Shown here one piece after another: positions 1 through 10,770 of a stretch of 64,000 bases of DNA. Position numbers and translations under genes: made by a program. Below the pieces are notes generated by a model. The model saw only the letters and a program-made list of their open reading frames with translations. It did no database searches and was not told the DNA's origin. Position 1 is the stretch's first letter. Each line of letters starts with the position of its first letter. The DNA is from Balanoglossus misakiensis (Eukaryota > Animalia > Hemichordata), in NCBI GenBank assembly GCA_040954595.2, contig CM082595.2, forward strand, positions 1,139,690 to 1,203,689, in the 5' to 3' direction.

Positions 1-34
1 ATGGAGTTTCAACTTTATATAATAAATCTGAGTA

Positions 35-242
35 CTGTATAAAATGGGTTATTTTCGCGAGCAATAAATTTTCATGAAATATGCGTGAGCCAGTAAAATG
101 TGAAAATTTAAAGTCACATAAAATGATTTTCGGAGATAACTATCCAGTAAAAATAAGAGAACGTGATAATTAATCCTCGCATAACAGTTGCCTCCTTTGA
201 TATCGTGAAAATTTCCTGTCACGAAAATAACCCATTTTACAG
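35..242. mobile_element. Non-autonomous DNA transposon (MITE) with TA target-site duplication, probably Tc1/mariner-pogo type
   Basis: Left end TA|ctgtataaaatgggttattttcgcga matches the reverse complement of the right end tcacgaaaataacccattttacag|TA over about 24 bp. TA at 33-34 and 243-244. No ORF. The superfamily is inferred from the TA duplication. Confidence 0.8.
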
Positions 243-321
243 TATTTGTACATGATTTTGATATTGTTGTCTTTGATAATACATGTAGTTAATCCATTTA
301 TATGTTGTTATCTTTCCACAG

Positions 322-970
322 CCACAGTTGGTCAAAATGTACCGCGAACTCTTGGGCGAAGTTCCCAACTCACTTCTGGACAACGGAAAGAAAACTGGCG
401 AGTATTTCTATCACGCACCAGATGGAACATATGTATTGTTCAAAGGTATACTGGAAAAATCTCCGGTGAGTATCTGATTTAAAAAATCTTACCCAGTTTC
501 CTTGTTGTTTGGTTTAACCCTATAGTGTTCCATGAGATAGTTGGACTCATGTATTATGAAATAGGGATGAAAGGGTAGTATTTTACTGATGGTTACTGGA
601 CTTTACCATAAGCACACTCAAGTCAGGGGAACTTACAAGTGATAAGCTATTTATGCAGCTTTTGCTGTGTCCACAAACACAGGGGTGTAGAAACAGACAC
701 AGACACACACACACAAACAAGCACACACATGCATAATACACACACATATGTAATACGTAATACCATATGGGGTGAAAGGGATTGAGCTGAAATACTTTGC
801 TAAAGGAAAGAAGTTCATACCAATGACTGGTATATAAAACAAACAAAGTCGATCAAACTTATATACAGCATGATTTCAAAGCAGTCAGAACTGGACAGGT
901 TCTCACATTCTGTGCTAATTGAAAATGAAGTATTCTTTTATAAAAACAGGGATATGATAAACTTCTATAA
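322..970 (+). CDS. Last two coding exons of an unidentified gene entering from the left edge
   Basis: Exon 322-465 (tctttccacag| ... ctccg|gtgagt, 144 bp) reads PQLVKMYRELLGEVPNSLLDNGKKTGEYFYHAPDGTYVLFKGILEKSP. It splices in phase 0 to 950-970 (aaacag|GGA TAT GAT AAA CTT CTA TAA, GYDKLL*). Family not recognised. Confidence 0.55.
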
Positions 971-1348
971 CATTTTAAATTGTCACACGACAGCTAGGTG
1001 AAGGAATATTTGATATTTGATTTTTAGCCGAAGCCTCTGAGTAAACCTTTAAAGAGTAGGATAAGATACGCTGACGTGATCGAGAATGAGTCAGGAAGAT
1101 TTCCTGACAAGGAGGACTTTGCCAATTTCTGTGATTTGGTGGAAAGGTTAGTTGTAGGGAAATAATCACAGTAAGATAACATTAGTCAGGCCAGTGTTTT
1201 GAGAAATATTTTAGATTTTATACTTAGAGTTGTAGGTATAAAAGATTAAATTTGACAAGTGATAGTCATAGCAACAGCAGTGATTGCGTTGTACTTGTAG
1301 ATTAATTTTTTAATAGTGAAAACAGAAAAGTCTAGTTATCGCATGGGA

Positions 1349-1625
1349 ACATCTATTAGCGCCTACCAATAAGTGAGTACTGTAAAAGTTGTAGGATAGG
1401 TTAAATACATTCATGTAGATGAAAATGGCTAGGACTAAAGATATAATTGCTTTGTGCATGAGACTTTATACCATAATAAACAACTAAGTAAATTTGTAAT
1501 CAAGTACATCGTGTGTGAATACTTCAAAGGCCTATTAGCTTAACTGTCTGATATTTTTAATCTCAAAATGTCTTCCAATAGACATCTATTAGCGCCTACC
1601 AATAATTCAGCACTGTAAAAGTTGT
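1349..1625. repeat. Pair of about 44-bp direct repeats
   Basis: acatctattagcgcctaccaataa...actgtaaaagttgt at 1349-1392 and 1582-1625. Confidence 0.8.
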
Positions 1626-2124
1626 CTTTGCAATAATATTCCCAACACTTTTCTTATACAAAGATGTAGAGAATATATTGTCACAATATAGTAAATTCGA
1701 TGTCCTGTAGATGGCACTACGTTACATCAGTAAAGATTGTATGCGCCATTTCCTCTGTTTATTGTACATCTGCATGAATGTGGCAGTGATTGCAATGATT
1801 TTCTGCAAATTTGTGATTGTATTCCCATTTTGTGATCAATAATATATATCTACAAATCCTATAATAAGTACATTGAACGAACTAGTTTGAATTGACATTG
1901 ATAATAATGTTCGCATGTGTCTTTAGTTTTCTATCTATTCATGTATCTCTCTATGATACTGCAAGCTAGTTTCCTCAAAATGTCACCATATAACTTCTTC
2001 CGTAACTTCATAGTTTTCATATTTAAGGTGAAATCAAGATTGACTTATGTTCTAATTCTACAGAATCCTGAAATATCGCCCTGATAGAAGAATCAGTGTG
2101 AAGGACGCTCTAGCTCACGCTTTC

Positions 2125-2472
2125 ATAACTACAGACATGGATAAACCTAAACCAAGACCTCTACCAGTTCCACCTACCAAGGCTGTCATAACTACAGACA
2201 TGGATAAACCTAAACCAAGACCTCTACCAGTTCAACCTACCAATGCTCCTGCTAAATCCATCACTCAGAAAGCCACTGGAAATGCCACTGCAGACATGGA
2301 TAAACCCAAACCAAGACCTCTACCGATACCACCTACCATGGCTCCTGCTAAATCCATCACTCAGAAAGCCACTGGAAATGCCACTACAGACATGGATAAA
2401 CCCAAACCAAGACCTCTACCGGTACCACCTACCATGGCTCCTGCTAAATCCATCACTCAGAAAGCCACTGGC
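2125..2472 (+). repeat. Coding tandem repeat: one 63-bp unit and 96-bp units encoding MDKPKPRPLP[VI][PQ]P four times
   Basis: Unit ATGs at 2137, 2200, 2296 and 2392 with near-identical DNA. Confidence 0.9.
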
Positions 2473-5400
2473 AAAAAGCCAAAAGATGCTAAACATGTCG
2501 CCCCAGAAAAACGAAATCATCCCAAAAAACGAAAGTCTCGTATGAATCCGGTTGCTCCGGTCAAAGCTCCTTCCACTACGGAATCTGAAGATGGAGAATC
2601 GACGCCGACAGAATCCAGCACCGAAACCACGGAAAGCAAACCGGAAATTTCACCAGTCCCAAAGGTGAACCTTATTCTGGTTCGTGAAGCTAACGAGCCG
2701 AAGGATTCAAAGCAGGAACTCGAGGAAAAGAAAGAGGAACCTACAACTGACAAGCCAAAACAGCAAGCCACTGAAGTCAAGGATAAGGAGGACAATGTCA
2801 ACAAGTCTCCTCTTGTGGAACAGACATCTCCTGAACCAGGCAACAGAGGTAAGACAGCAACCTGTTCTATTTTATTTGCATTTCTGTAGCATTATGTAGA
2901 TCCTTGCCCACGTTAACAATCAGCAGTTGACATCTTGCAGTTTTGTCTCAGGTGGTGCAAGATTTTGGCCTACCTGTATATTGTAACATTTTGCGAAAGG
3001 TTTGTTTGTCTCAAACTAACATGTGTTAAGGAAACCAGGCAGACAAATGTGTAAAAAATATGTCCCTTTGACTTCAAAAGTGTCCCTGCATAAACTAGGT
3101 ATTCAGAGGCTCCCTTGATATGTCAAACTTCAAGCATTAACCCTTTCACCCCCAGTTCCCTCTTTAGAGGTCCAACTTTACCATAGCAAACAATGGGTTT
3201 GGACTGAACCATGGTTTTGAAAAGGGTTAAAGGAGAAAAAATTATAATTGCAGATAAGAAGAAAAGACGTGGAATTTGCCAAAGGTTCAGAAGAATGATG
3301 GCCAGTGCATTTTGTATGTCAGTTGATGTTGCCAACGACAATCACAAGAAGGATGAAAGAAAAAATAAAGGAGCTAAGAAAGAAGTCCGTAAACATGGTG
3401 CTAAAGGTTGGTAACATTTCTTGACTGTTCAAATGGTTTTTAGCTCTCATTTGATATATAGATGTATATATTGCAACTGCAAGGAAGCTAATAGTATCTA
3501 ACTGAATCACTTTCTTCACAGTCGAATGTGCCAAGGATAATGCACCTAAGAAAGAAACCAAAAAGAAACGACGATTGCCCAGAATAGAAATAGTCTGGAA
3601 GATTAAATGTATGCAGAAATACAACAGACCTCAGGAAAGAGACGCAACCAATAGAACTACAGGTAGGTTCTATATAGTCTAGCTTCCATGGTCGGTCAAA
3701 ATATATTCATCAGATGCGGTATTTAAAATCTTCTGGAAAACAGAGTTCAGGCTAGGCCCATCTCTCTGTCTATCACCGGCCATTCGCAGATTTGTGTATA
3801 ATTTGAAATATTAAACAAGATGTATTTCATATTTCATGGTTGTGATTCAATATGATGGGTGCTGGTTATCCAAAAACAACACAGAAGTGCCAGTGACGTC
3901 TGCAAATACTGATCAAGTTACAGATGATGATGAATCAGAAAAGACAAACACAAGGAATACTGCAGGTTGGTAACAAGCGTTTCTATCGATAACTTCAGAA
4001 GTGTCAGTAAAAAGAGTCTTCTTATTTGATTCATAAATGACATGTTGAATGGGTGAAGATTCGCATAGTTAGAGTCATTGCTGATGTACATTAACAACTT
4101 AGGCCAAAGTCAAATCTGGTAAGAAACCACATACAGTGTGATCATTTATATATGCCAGCTTAATTTAGATAACTGACAATCACATTTTGTTGCCTTCTTT
4201 CTATATACTAGATACAACTAGCCCCACAACTTCAGAGTCACCAGATGAAAGAGTGTCAAGACCAATTTTGCTAGTTAAAGAAAAAACCGATAACAATGAC
4301 AACAATAAAGGTAGAAATTCTCTTACTCAGGAAATGTGTGGTCCATTGGGGCTTAACCCTTTCACCCCCAGTTCCCTCTATAGAGGTCCAACCTTACCGC
4401 GTAGAAAACAATAGATTTGGACTGAACCATGGTGGTGAAATGGCTAAATGTACCACATACAGACTGATTTCCTGACTTTGTTCTGTGACTTCTTGACTTT
4501 GTGCATGCTTGTAATATCTTCCATTGATCTTTCGTAATACTGAGATTTTCATTTGCAGATGGAAAGAAACCAGTCAGCGTTTCCGAAGCCCCACAAGCAG
4601 AGCCCAAGAAACAGAGCACAGGTACACTATTTCCATCCAGAGCTTTTCTGTGAAATTTTCAAACTATAAAATAGTTGTTTTTTTGTTTTAAAGGATTCAA
4701 ACTCACATGGACATAAGTCGATCACCACCCTTTAATTGACACATTGAATTGAGGATCTGAAGCAGTACTTTATGTTCGTTCATTATTTTGATTACAGGTG
4801 TGAGAAACATCACTGTGAAACCACCAGCACCTCTGCTTCCATTAAGACAGCAAATGCAAGCCATCGTGAATCCTAAACCCCCAGTAATCACATATCAATA
4901 TCCTCCAAATAAAGACGCTTATAAAGGTAAGTATCCATCTCATGGCTGTTAGTGTAAAGCCCAACCAGGTGCTGAGACTCACAATGTATGCTTCTGTGTG
5001 TAGTTGCTAAAAGACCTTAACAAAACTATTCTATAGATATCTATAGAATTCTATTGAATATAGGTTGGTCATGATCACTTTTGGGGATTTATCAGACGAA
5101 TTCAGCGATTTTAACCCTGATGGAAAACACAACATATATGTAGGAACTGCTTGAAAGAAAATTTCATCTGGACATATTAAGTAACCTCCTGTGTCTATCC
5201 CTTACTCTTGCAGGTAAATGCATAACTTATGTAAATTTGTCAGAGCCTGCCTTTTCCAATTCCTATAAGTTACGAGTGTCGAGGGAAGCAATACGTCTAT
5301 TCGAGAAGAACCGTGCGATACCGGAATGTGAGTACATTTTTTTTAATTCCAGAAACCCTTTCTCATATCTCACATCTTTTGCAGCTGCAAAGTTTCAATG

Positions 5401-5878
5401 CAGATATCGACTGCTTGTTCCTGGAAAATTCGAGACATATGATTGGCTTTTAGTTAATTTTTGCCAGAAACCTGACTGCCTTTGACTTTAAAGGGAAGCG
5501 GTCGTTGCGCTGTGTTTGTTTCATCCACAAATCCCTGAAAGTAGATCATTCTTAGAATGAACGAAGCAGCCAACCGTAGCGTAGACTGGGCATGACAGCA
5601 ACTGAAGATCCTAGCAGGTCATGGCAACTGCAATGGGGTTTGCGCTGGTATGGGAGGACATATTCTCATCAAGGGGGACACCCACGCGGCACGACGACCC
5701 CTTCCCTTTAACATATGTTGAGATCATGTGTACATGAATTGTTGATATGAATCCTTAGCATGTTACTTCTCTGAGAGTCTTAGTTGAAATTCATTCATTT
5801 TGTTGTACAGCTGTAGTCATGGCCCATCTCCGTGCGTTCGATTACGATAATAATGGCAGAAAGAAACTGGATGACTGA
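2137..5878 (+). CDS. Uncharacterised Lys/Pro/Glu-rich protein, about 519 aa, 9 coding exons, N-terminal tandem repeats
   Basis: Exons 2137-2848, 3254-3406, 3522-3662, 3885-3965, 4212-4310, 4559-4621, 4798-4926, 5214-5327, 5811-5878. All introns are GT-AG and phase 1, and the joined frame stays open (1560 bp) to ...YDNNGRKKLDD*. An upstream acceptor near 2063 implies a 5' UTR exon. Confidence 0.7.
3141..3226 (+). mobile_element. About 86-bp TTAA-flanked piggyBac-type MITE (family copy 1)
   Basis: TTAA|ccctttcacccccagttccctc...gaaaaggg|TTAA. CCC/GGG termini with a TTAA duplication. Recurs in this window. Confidence 0.85.
4357..4443 (+). mobile_element. piggyBac-type MITE copy 2
   Basis: ttaa|ccctttcacccccagttccctctatagaggtccaacc...ccatggtggtgaaatgg. 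Right end degenerate. Confidence 0.8.
5492..5707. mobile_element. 216-bp TTAA-flanked MITE, Kolobok-like termini
   Basis: TTAA|agggaagcggtcgttg ... cgacgaccccttccct|TTAA, an imperfect inverted repeat of about 16-19 bp. TTAA at 5488-5491 and 5708-5711. Purine-purine termini with TTAA are typical of Kolobok. Confidence 0.75.
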
Positions 5879-5911
5879 TGAAATGACCGCCATCACATAT
5901 GAAGGTTACGA

Positions 5912-6166
5912 TACGATAATGAATTTAAGCCACTGCACCAAGCTCCAAGCCAAACCATTACCAAGATGTCAGCCATGCCAGCAAACAAGGAAGCCAATAG
6001 TTAGCCAACAACATGAAAAGCCAATGAAAGAACACTATATGATAATGAATGTAAGCCACTGCAGCAAGCTCCAAGCCAAACCATTACCAAGATGTCAGCC
6101 ATGCCAGCAAACAAGAAAGCCAATAGTTAGCCAACAACATGAAAAGCCAACGAAAGAACACTATAA
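5912..6166 (+). repeat. Two-copy 126-bp tandem repeat just downstream of the orphan gene stop
   Basis: atgaat[tg]taagccactgca...aaagaacactat begins at 5919 and 6045. Confidence 0.9.
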
Positions 6167-6347
6167 CTGAAAAAGGGCAGAAAACAATAAGGAAAGTCAT
6201 CTCAATCTTGTGAAACCAATTAGAATCAATTAACAATGCACTATTACAGTTTGTGTGAATGTATACTGCAACATGAAGATTCAACCAGAACTTACCTATT
6301 GACAAGTGTGATAAGATATAAATTAAAAAATGAGTTATGATAATCTC

Positions 6348-6693
6348 CATCAACATCAATTGTTTAGGGATTGATGATGATGATAAAAATGGTAATTTTT
6401 AATTGCCTAAACTTGTAATAATGATGATGATGATGGTTGTGGTGGTGATGGTGATGATGATGATGATGATGATGATTCTTTAATCCCTAAACAATTGATG
6501 TTGATGATGATAATAATAATTATAATAATTAATTCAGATACATAGGCCACCGGCCTCTAATACAAAATAGCACGTTACCTGAAATTTCTGATGATGATGA
6601 TCAACATCAATTGTTTAGGGATTGATGATGATGATAAAAATGGTAATTTTTAATTGCCTAAACTTGTAATAATGATGGTGGTGGTGGTGATGG

Positions 6694-6761
<68 letters not shown>

Positions 6762-6823
6762 CTTTAATCCCTAAACAATTGATGTTGATGATAATAATAA
6801 TAATTATAATAATAATAATTAAT

Positions 6824-6863
<40 letters not shown>

Positions 6864-6925
6864 AAAAATGGCAATTCATGATTGCCTAAACTGATGATGA
6901 TGATGATCATGAAAATGATGATAAT
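6348..6925. repeat. (GAT)n-rich region made of two copies of an inverted-repeat-bounded unit
   Basis: catcaacatcaattgtttagggatt ... aatccctaaacaattgatgttgatg, a 25-bp inverted repeat at 6348-6506, repeated at 6600-6790. Each unit encloses GAT/GGT microsatellite. Confidence 0.85.
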
Positions 6926-7109
6926 AATTTGGATTAATTAATCACAATCACACTTGTCAAAACAGGGCTATTTTCTATAGCTGTTCTGGTGGAAACTTGT
7001 ACCTTGCAAATACATCTACACTACTGAAGTAGTTGTAGGTGGGTTGTTACTACTTGGGATTCTCCATGACTTTCCTTTTTAGCAAAAACATTGGACAATT
7101 GCTAATTAA

Positions 7110-7192
7110 CCCTTTCACCCCTGTTCCCTGTTCAGAGGTCCAACCTTACCATAGAAAACAATGGAATGGACTGAACCATGGTGGTGAAAGGG
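7110..7192 (+). mobile_element. piggyBac-type MITE copy 3
   Basis: ttaa|ccctttcacccctgttccctg...ccatggtggtgaaaggg. Confidence 0.8.
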
Positions 7193-7344
7193 TGTGTTAA
7201 AAACTGCCCTGTATATATCTAAGAACACTTGACTGAAGGCTTAGGTATCACAAATCTGGCTGTCAACATCATTTCATCGTCACACAACCATGATGAACTC
7301 CAGGCGGAATAGACAGGAATTTGTAATAAAAGATTCAGGCTATC

Positions 7345-7580
7345 ACAACAGAATTAGGAAGGCTGCAACAATCAACTGACAACAGAATTAGGAAGGCTGC
7401 AACAATCAACTGACAACAGAATTAGGAAGGCTGCAACAATCAACTGACAACAGAATTAGGAAGGCTGCAACAATCAACTGACAACAGAATTTAGAAGGCT
7501 GCAACAATCAACTGACAACAGAATTAGGAAGGCTGCAACAATCAACTGACAACAGAATTAGGAAGGCTGCAACAATCAAC
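7345..7580. repeat. 34-bp minisatellite, 7 copies
   Basis: Unit acaacagaattaggaaggctgcaacaatcaactg repeated head-to-tail without spacers. A single-unit copy with similar flanks lies at about 7672-7750. Confidence 0.92.
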
Positions 7581-8745
7581 TTGCTCACAACTTACTTGGC
7601 TGTAAATCTTAATTGTCTGAAAATCTTAATTGGCTGAACATCTTAATTGGCTGTAAATAAAACAAATATTGAGATTCAGGATATCACAACAGGAAGGCTG
7701 CAACAATCAACTTGCTCACAACTTTATTGGCTGTAAATCTTACTTGGCTGCAAATTAAATAAATTTTGAATAACTTCAATTGAAGTTTAAATGCGTCTGT
7801 GTTATTCTGTGCATCTAAGACTTTCCCAATCTTCAAAACAGTCTTGACAGATTTATTGCATTCAGCCACACCATTCACAGTTACTTGTTTAAACTTATCA
7901 ATTTAATTCACTTCTGATTGTGATCAAAAGGTACAAGATCACATTACAATGATTACAGATGTCACATATAATTCTGGCGACTAGCCTTATGACCAAAGAT
8001 CATTCAGTGTTTTTGATACTATAAAAATGGCAATTTTGAAGATATGTTGTCAACTAATCAAGATAAAACTAATAATTTCAATTCTGTTAAATGTGTTTCA
8101 GGATTTTTGACTTATAAACTGGTCCTGAGATAAAAAAAGAAATGCTACTACAAAACTTTTAACATATTTCCATTTCTATATTTTTACTCTATTCTCTCTT
8201 TCTCCTTTGTTCTGTCTGTTTGATCAATGCATATTGTCGTTTGTTGTTTTAGCCCAGATTTTGTGAAAAGGACATAAAGGAATTACAGAAACTGATTGCT
8301 TGGATAGTGTTCCTGCCCTATGAAAACTAGAGTCTTGCTAACTGATGTGTTACAGAAAAGATGAAGTCATTGTAAGTTTAAAACTAATGTAAACATGTCA
8401 GCTGTATATGTGTATATGTACGTACTATGTAATGTGTATGTGTGTGTATGTATATGTTTGTACTGTATGTATGTATGTATGTACCGGTATGTATGTATAC
8501 TATGTACTGGGTATGTATGCAGTATACATGTGTGCAGGCAGGCAGACACATGTGAGTGTCATGCTAGCACCAGAATTCAAACTTACAAGTTATCTTTCAC
8601 ATTGGTTGGATCATGGAAGTACTTGAGAGACGGTTAGAGAAAGAGACTTCTCAGTCACTCGATCTTGTCAGTGATCATAACAGATCTCACATGGTCCAAG
8701 ATAAGAAAAAGAGAACTTGTAAATTTGAATGAAATTCAAAGACTT

Positions 8746-10732
8746 TTACACATTTAGGTTTGTTTTTGTGACATTGGCATTAACTTCTGACATCTCCACA
8801 TTACCACTTCCATCTTTATCAACGCGGAATGCCGATACAATTTCTTCAAACGTCTTGTTCTTTGTTTCCGGAACCATGAAAAACGTGAAGATTGCTGTCA
8901 GGATCAAGAATCCCATGAACACTAAAAATGTATAAGCACCGATTGCTCCCTGTAAAAACAAAACAATAATTAATAAATAAATCTGTGGTAAGAATGGACC
9001 TCTAAAGAGGGAACTGGGGGTGAAAGGGTTTCATGTTACAGATAGTAGAGTAAATGTTTCTTACCTGAATGAACGGGAAAGATAGTCCAACGATGAAGTT
9101 ACACCACCAGTTGACTTGGACGGAGAGACTCATCGCAGCTGGGCGTGGTCCTTGTGACCAGATTTCTGCCACCAAGACAAATGGTATTGGTCCTACGGGA
9201 TAACAGTTGGGAGATGAGGTCAGAATCATTCATGAAATGTCACTTTCAGGAATTGCAGAGTTTTACTGCGTGTTGATCAAACAAATTAATGGTCAGTACA
9301 AGCCCTCTGTGCATCTCAAAACATTTTCATATTGCAAGTATTCATAAACAAACAAAACAAAACCTGCTTAGAGTTGACTTACCAGGTCCAATAGCAAAGC
9401 ATACAATGTATCCATACACACACGCTAAACTGACATAGTCCCAAGCATCATTAACATTTGGATCCTTTTAAAAGAAGAGAGAGATTTTTGGTTGACATAA
9501 GTAGCTGCTCTGTTATTATTCTGATCAGTGCTCCCCTAACTCTTGAAACCAATAACACCTCAGCGTGTGTACAGTTTCACTCTTATGTTTCCCACAGTGA
9601 CATAGTAAAAGACTGGTGTGATTATCACCATCATCATCTCATGCATAATTACTTACAGCAAGGTTAAGAGCAGCAGTGATAACGGCAGTGAATATGATCA
9701 TTCCACAAAATGGAAATAATAACAAACCACGACGACCAGCTTTCTCCACCACAAGAATCTGAAAATGACAATCGAAAAAAAAGTTAAACAGATTAAACTG
9801 TATTTTGAACAGGTTTTATTCCCTATAGGTATTCACACACACCCCCAAAAACTTTGTATTTTGTATAAAACAGGACAGAAAAAATGTTGTGAGAGGTTGC
9901 CATGGTTTTGTAGCCTGTGTGAGATGTACTTTGGAAAGATAAAAGTGTCTAAAAACTCTGACACTGGGTGTATAATATGTTGAGTTTGATACTTACAGAA
10001 ATTATTGTCACCAAAACGTTGATGGCGCCAGTACCCACAGTTGCATACAGTACAGCATCCTCGTTGTTCGGCCAAATCATATAGTAAATCTCAGTTGCGT
10101 AGAAGAAGATCTAGAAATAACGGCACACAGTGTCATGATAATATCTGTGTCACCATGGTTACCTTACACCAGTTCTGATAACATGCTTATCAGAACTACT
10201 ATAGGTTAGGTAGGAAAGTAATTTTTTGTCTTTTTTTAAAAATCAGAACTCGCTTTGTTGATGAACGTGTAAAAAGTTAAGGGTTGGCAGGCTTTAAATA
10301 GTGAGGTCAAGTTATGAGAACCACACACTTTTATTGGCCTTATTCACATAACAATATTTCAGCTTACAGCGTTAATTCCCGAGAACTGTTGTCCAGCGTG
10401 GATACAGATACTGATGATAAGTGGTTTTCTGTAGTTCTTGTTTGTGAAAAGTGCAGTGACACCAACAGCGGCTTCCTTCTGTTCTTCTGCAAATTCTTTT
10501 CTCATGTCGTTCATCTCCCAGGATACGTCATCTGCACCCACATATCTTTCCAAAGCTGCAAGATAGTTATTGATAAAATGTCATTTTCAAATGTAAGGGT
10601 AAATGACAGAGTGGATGATGGTGGTGGTGGTGGTGATGATGATGATGATGATGGTTGTGATGATGGTTGTGATGATGATGATGATGTTGATGATGGTTGT
10701 GATGATGATGATGATGTTGATGATGATGGTTG

Positions 10733-10770
<38 letters not shown>

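Noticed and set aside
6658-6879. Poly-His/Ile/Ser ORF
   Set aside because: Artefact of the (GAT)n repeat.
7345-7580. 34-bp repeat array as a CRISPR array
   Set aside because: Units are head-to-tail with no unique spacers, there are no cas genes, and the context is eukaryotic.
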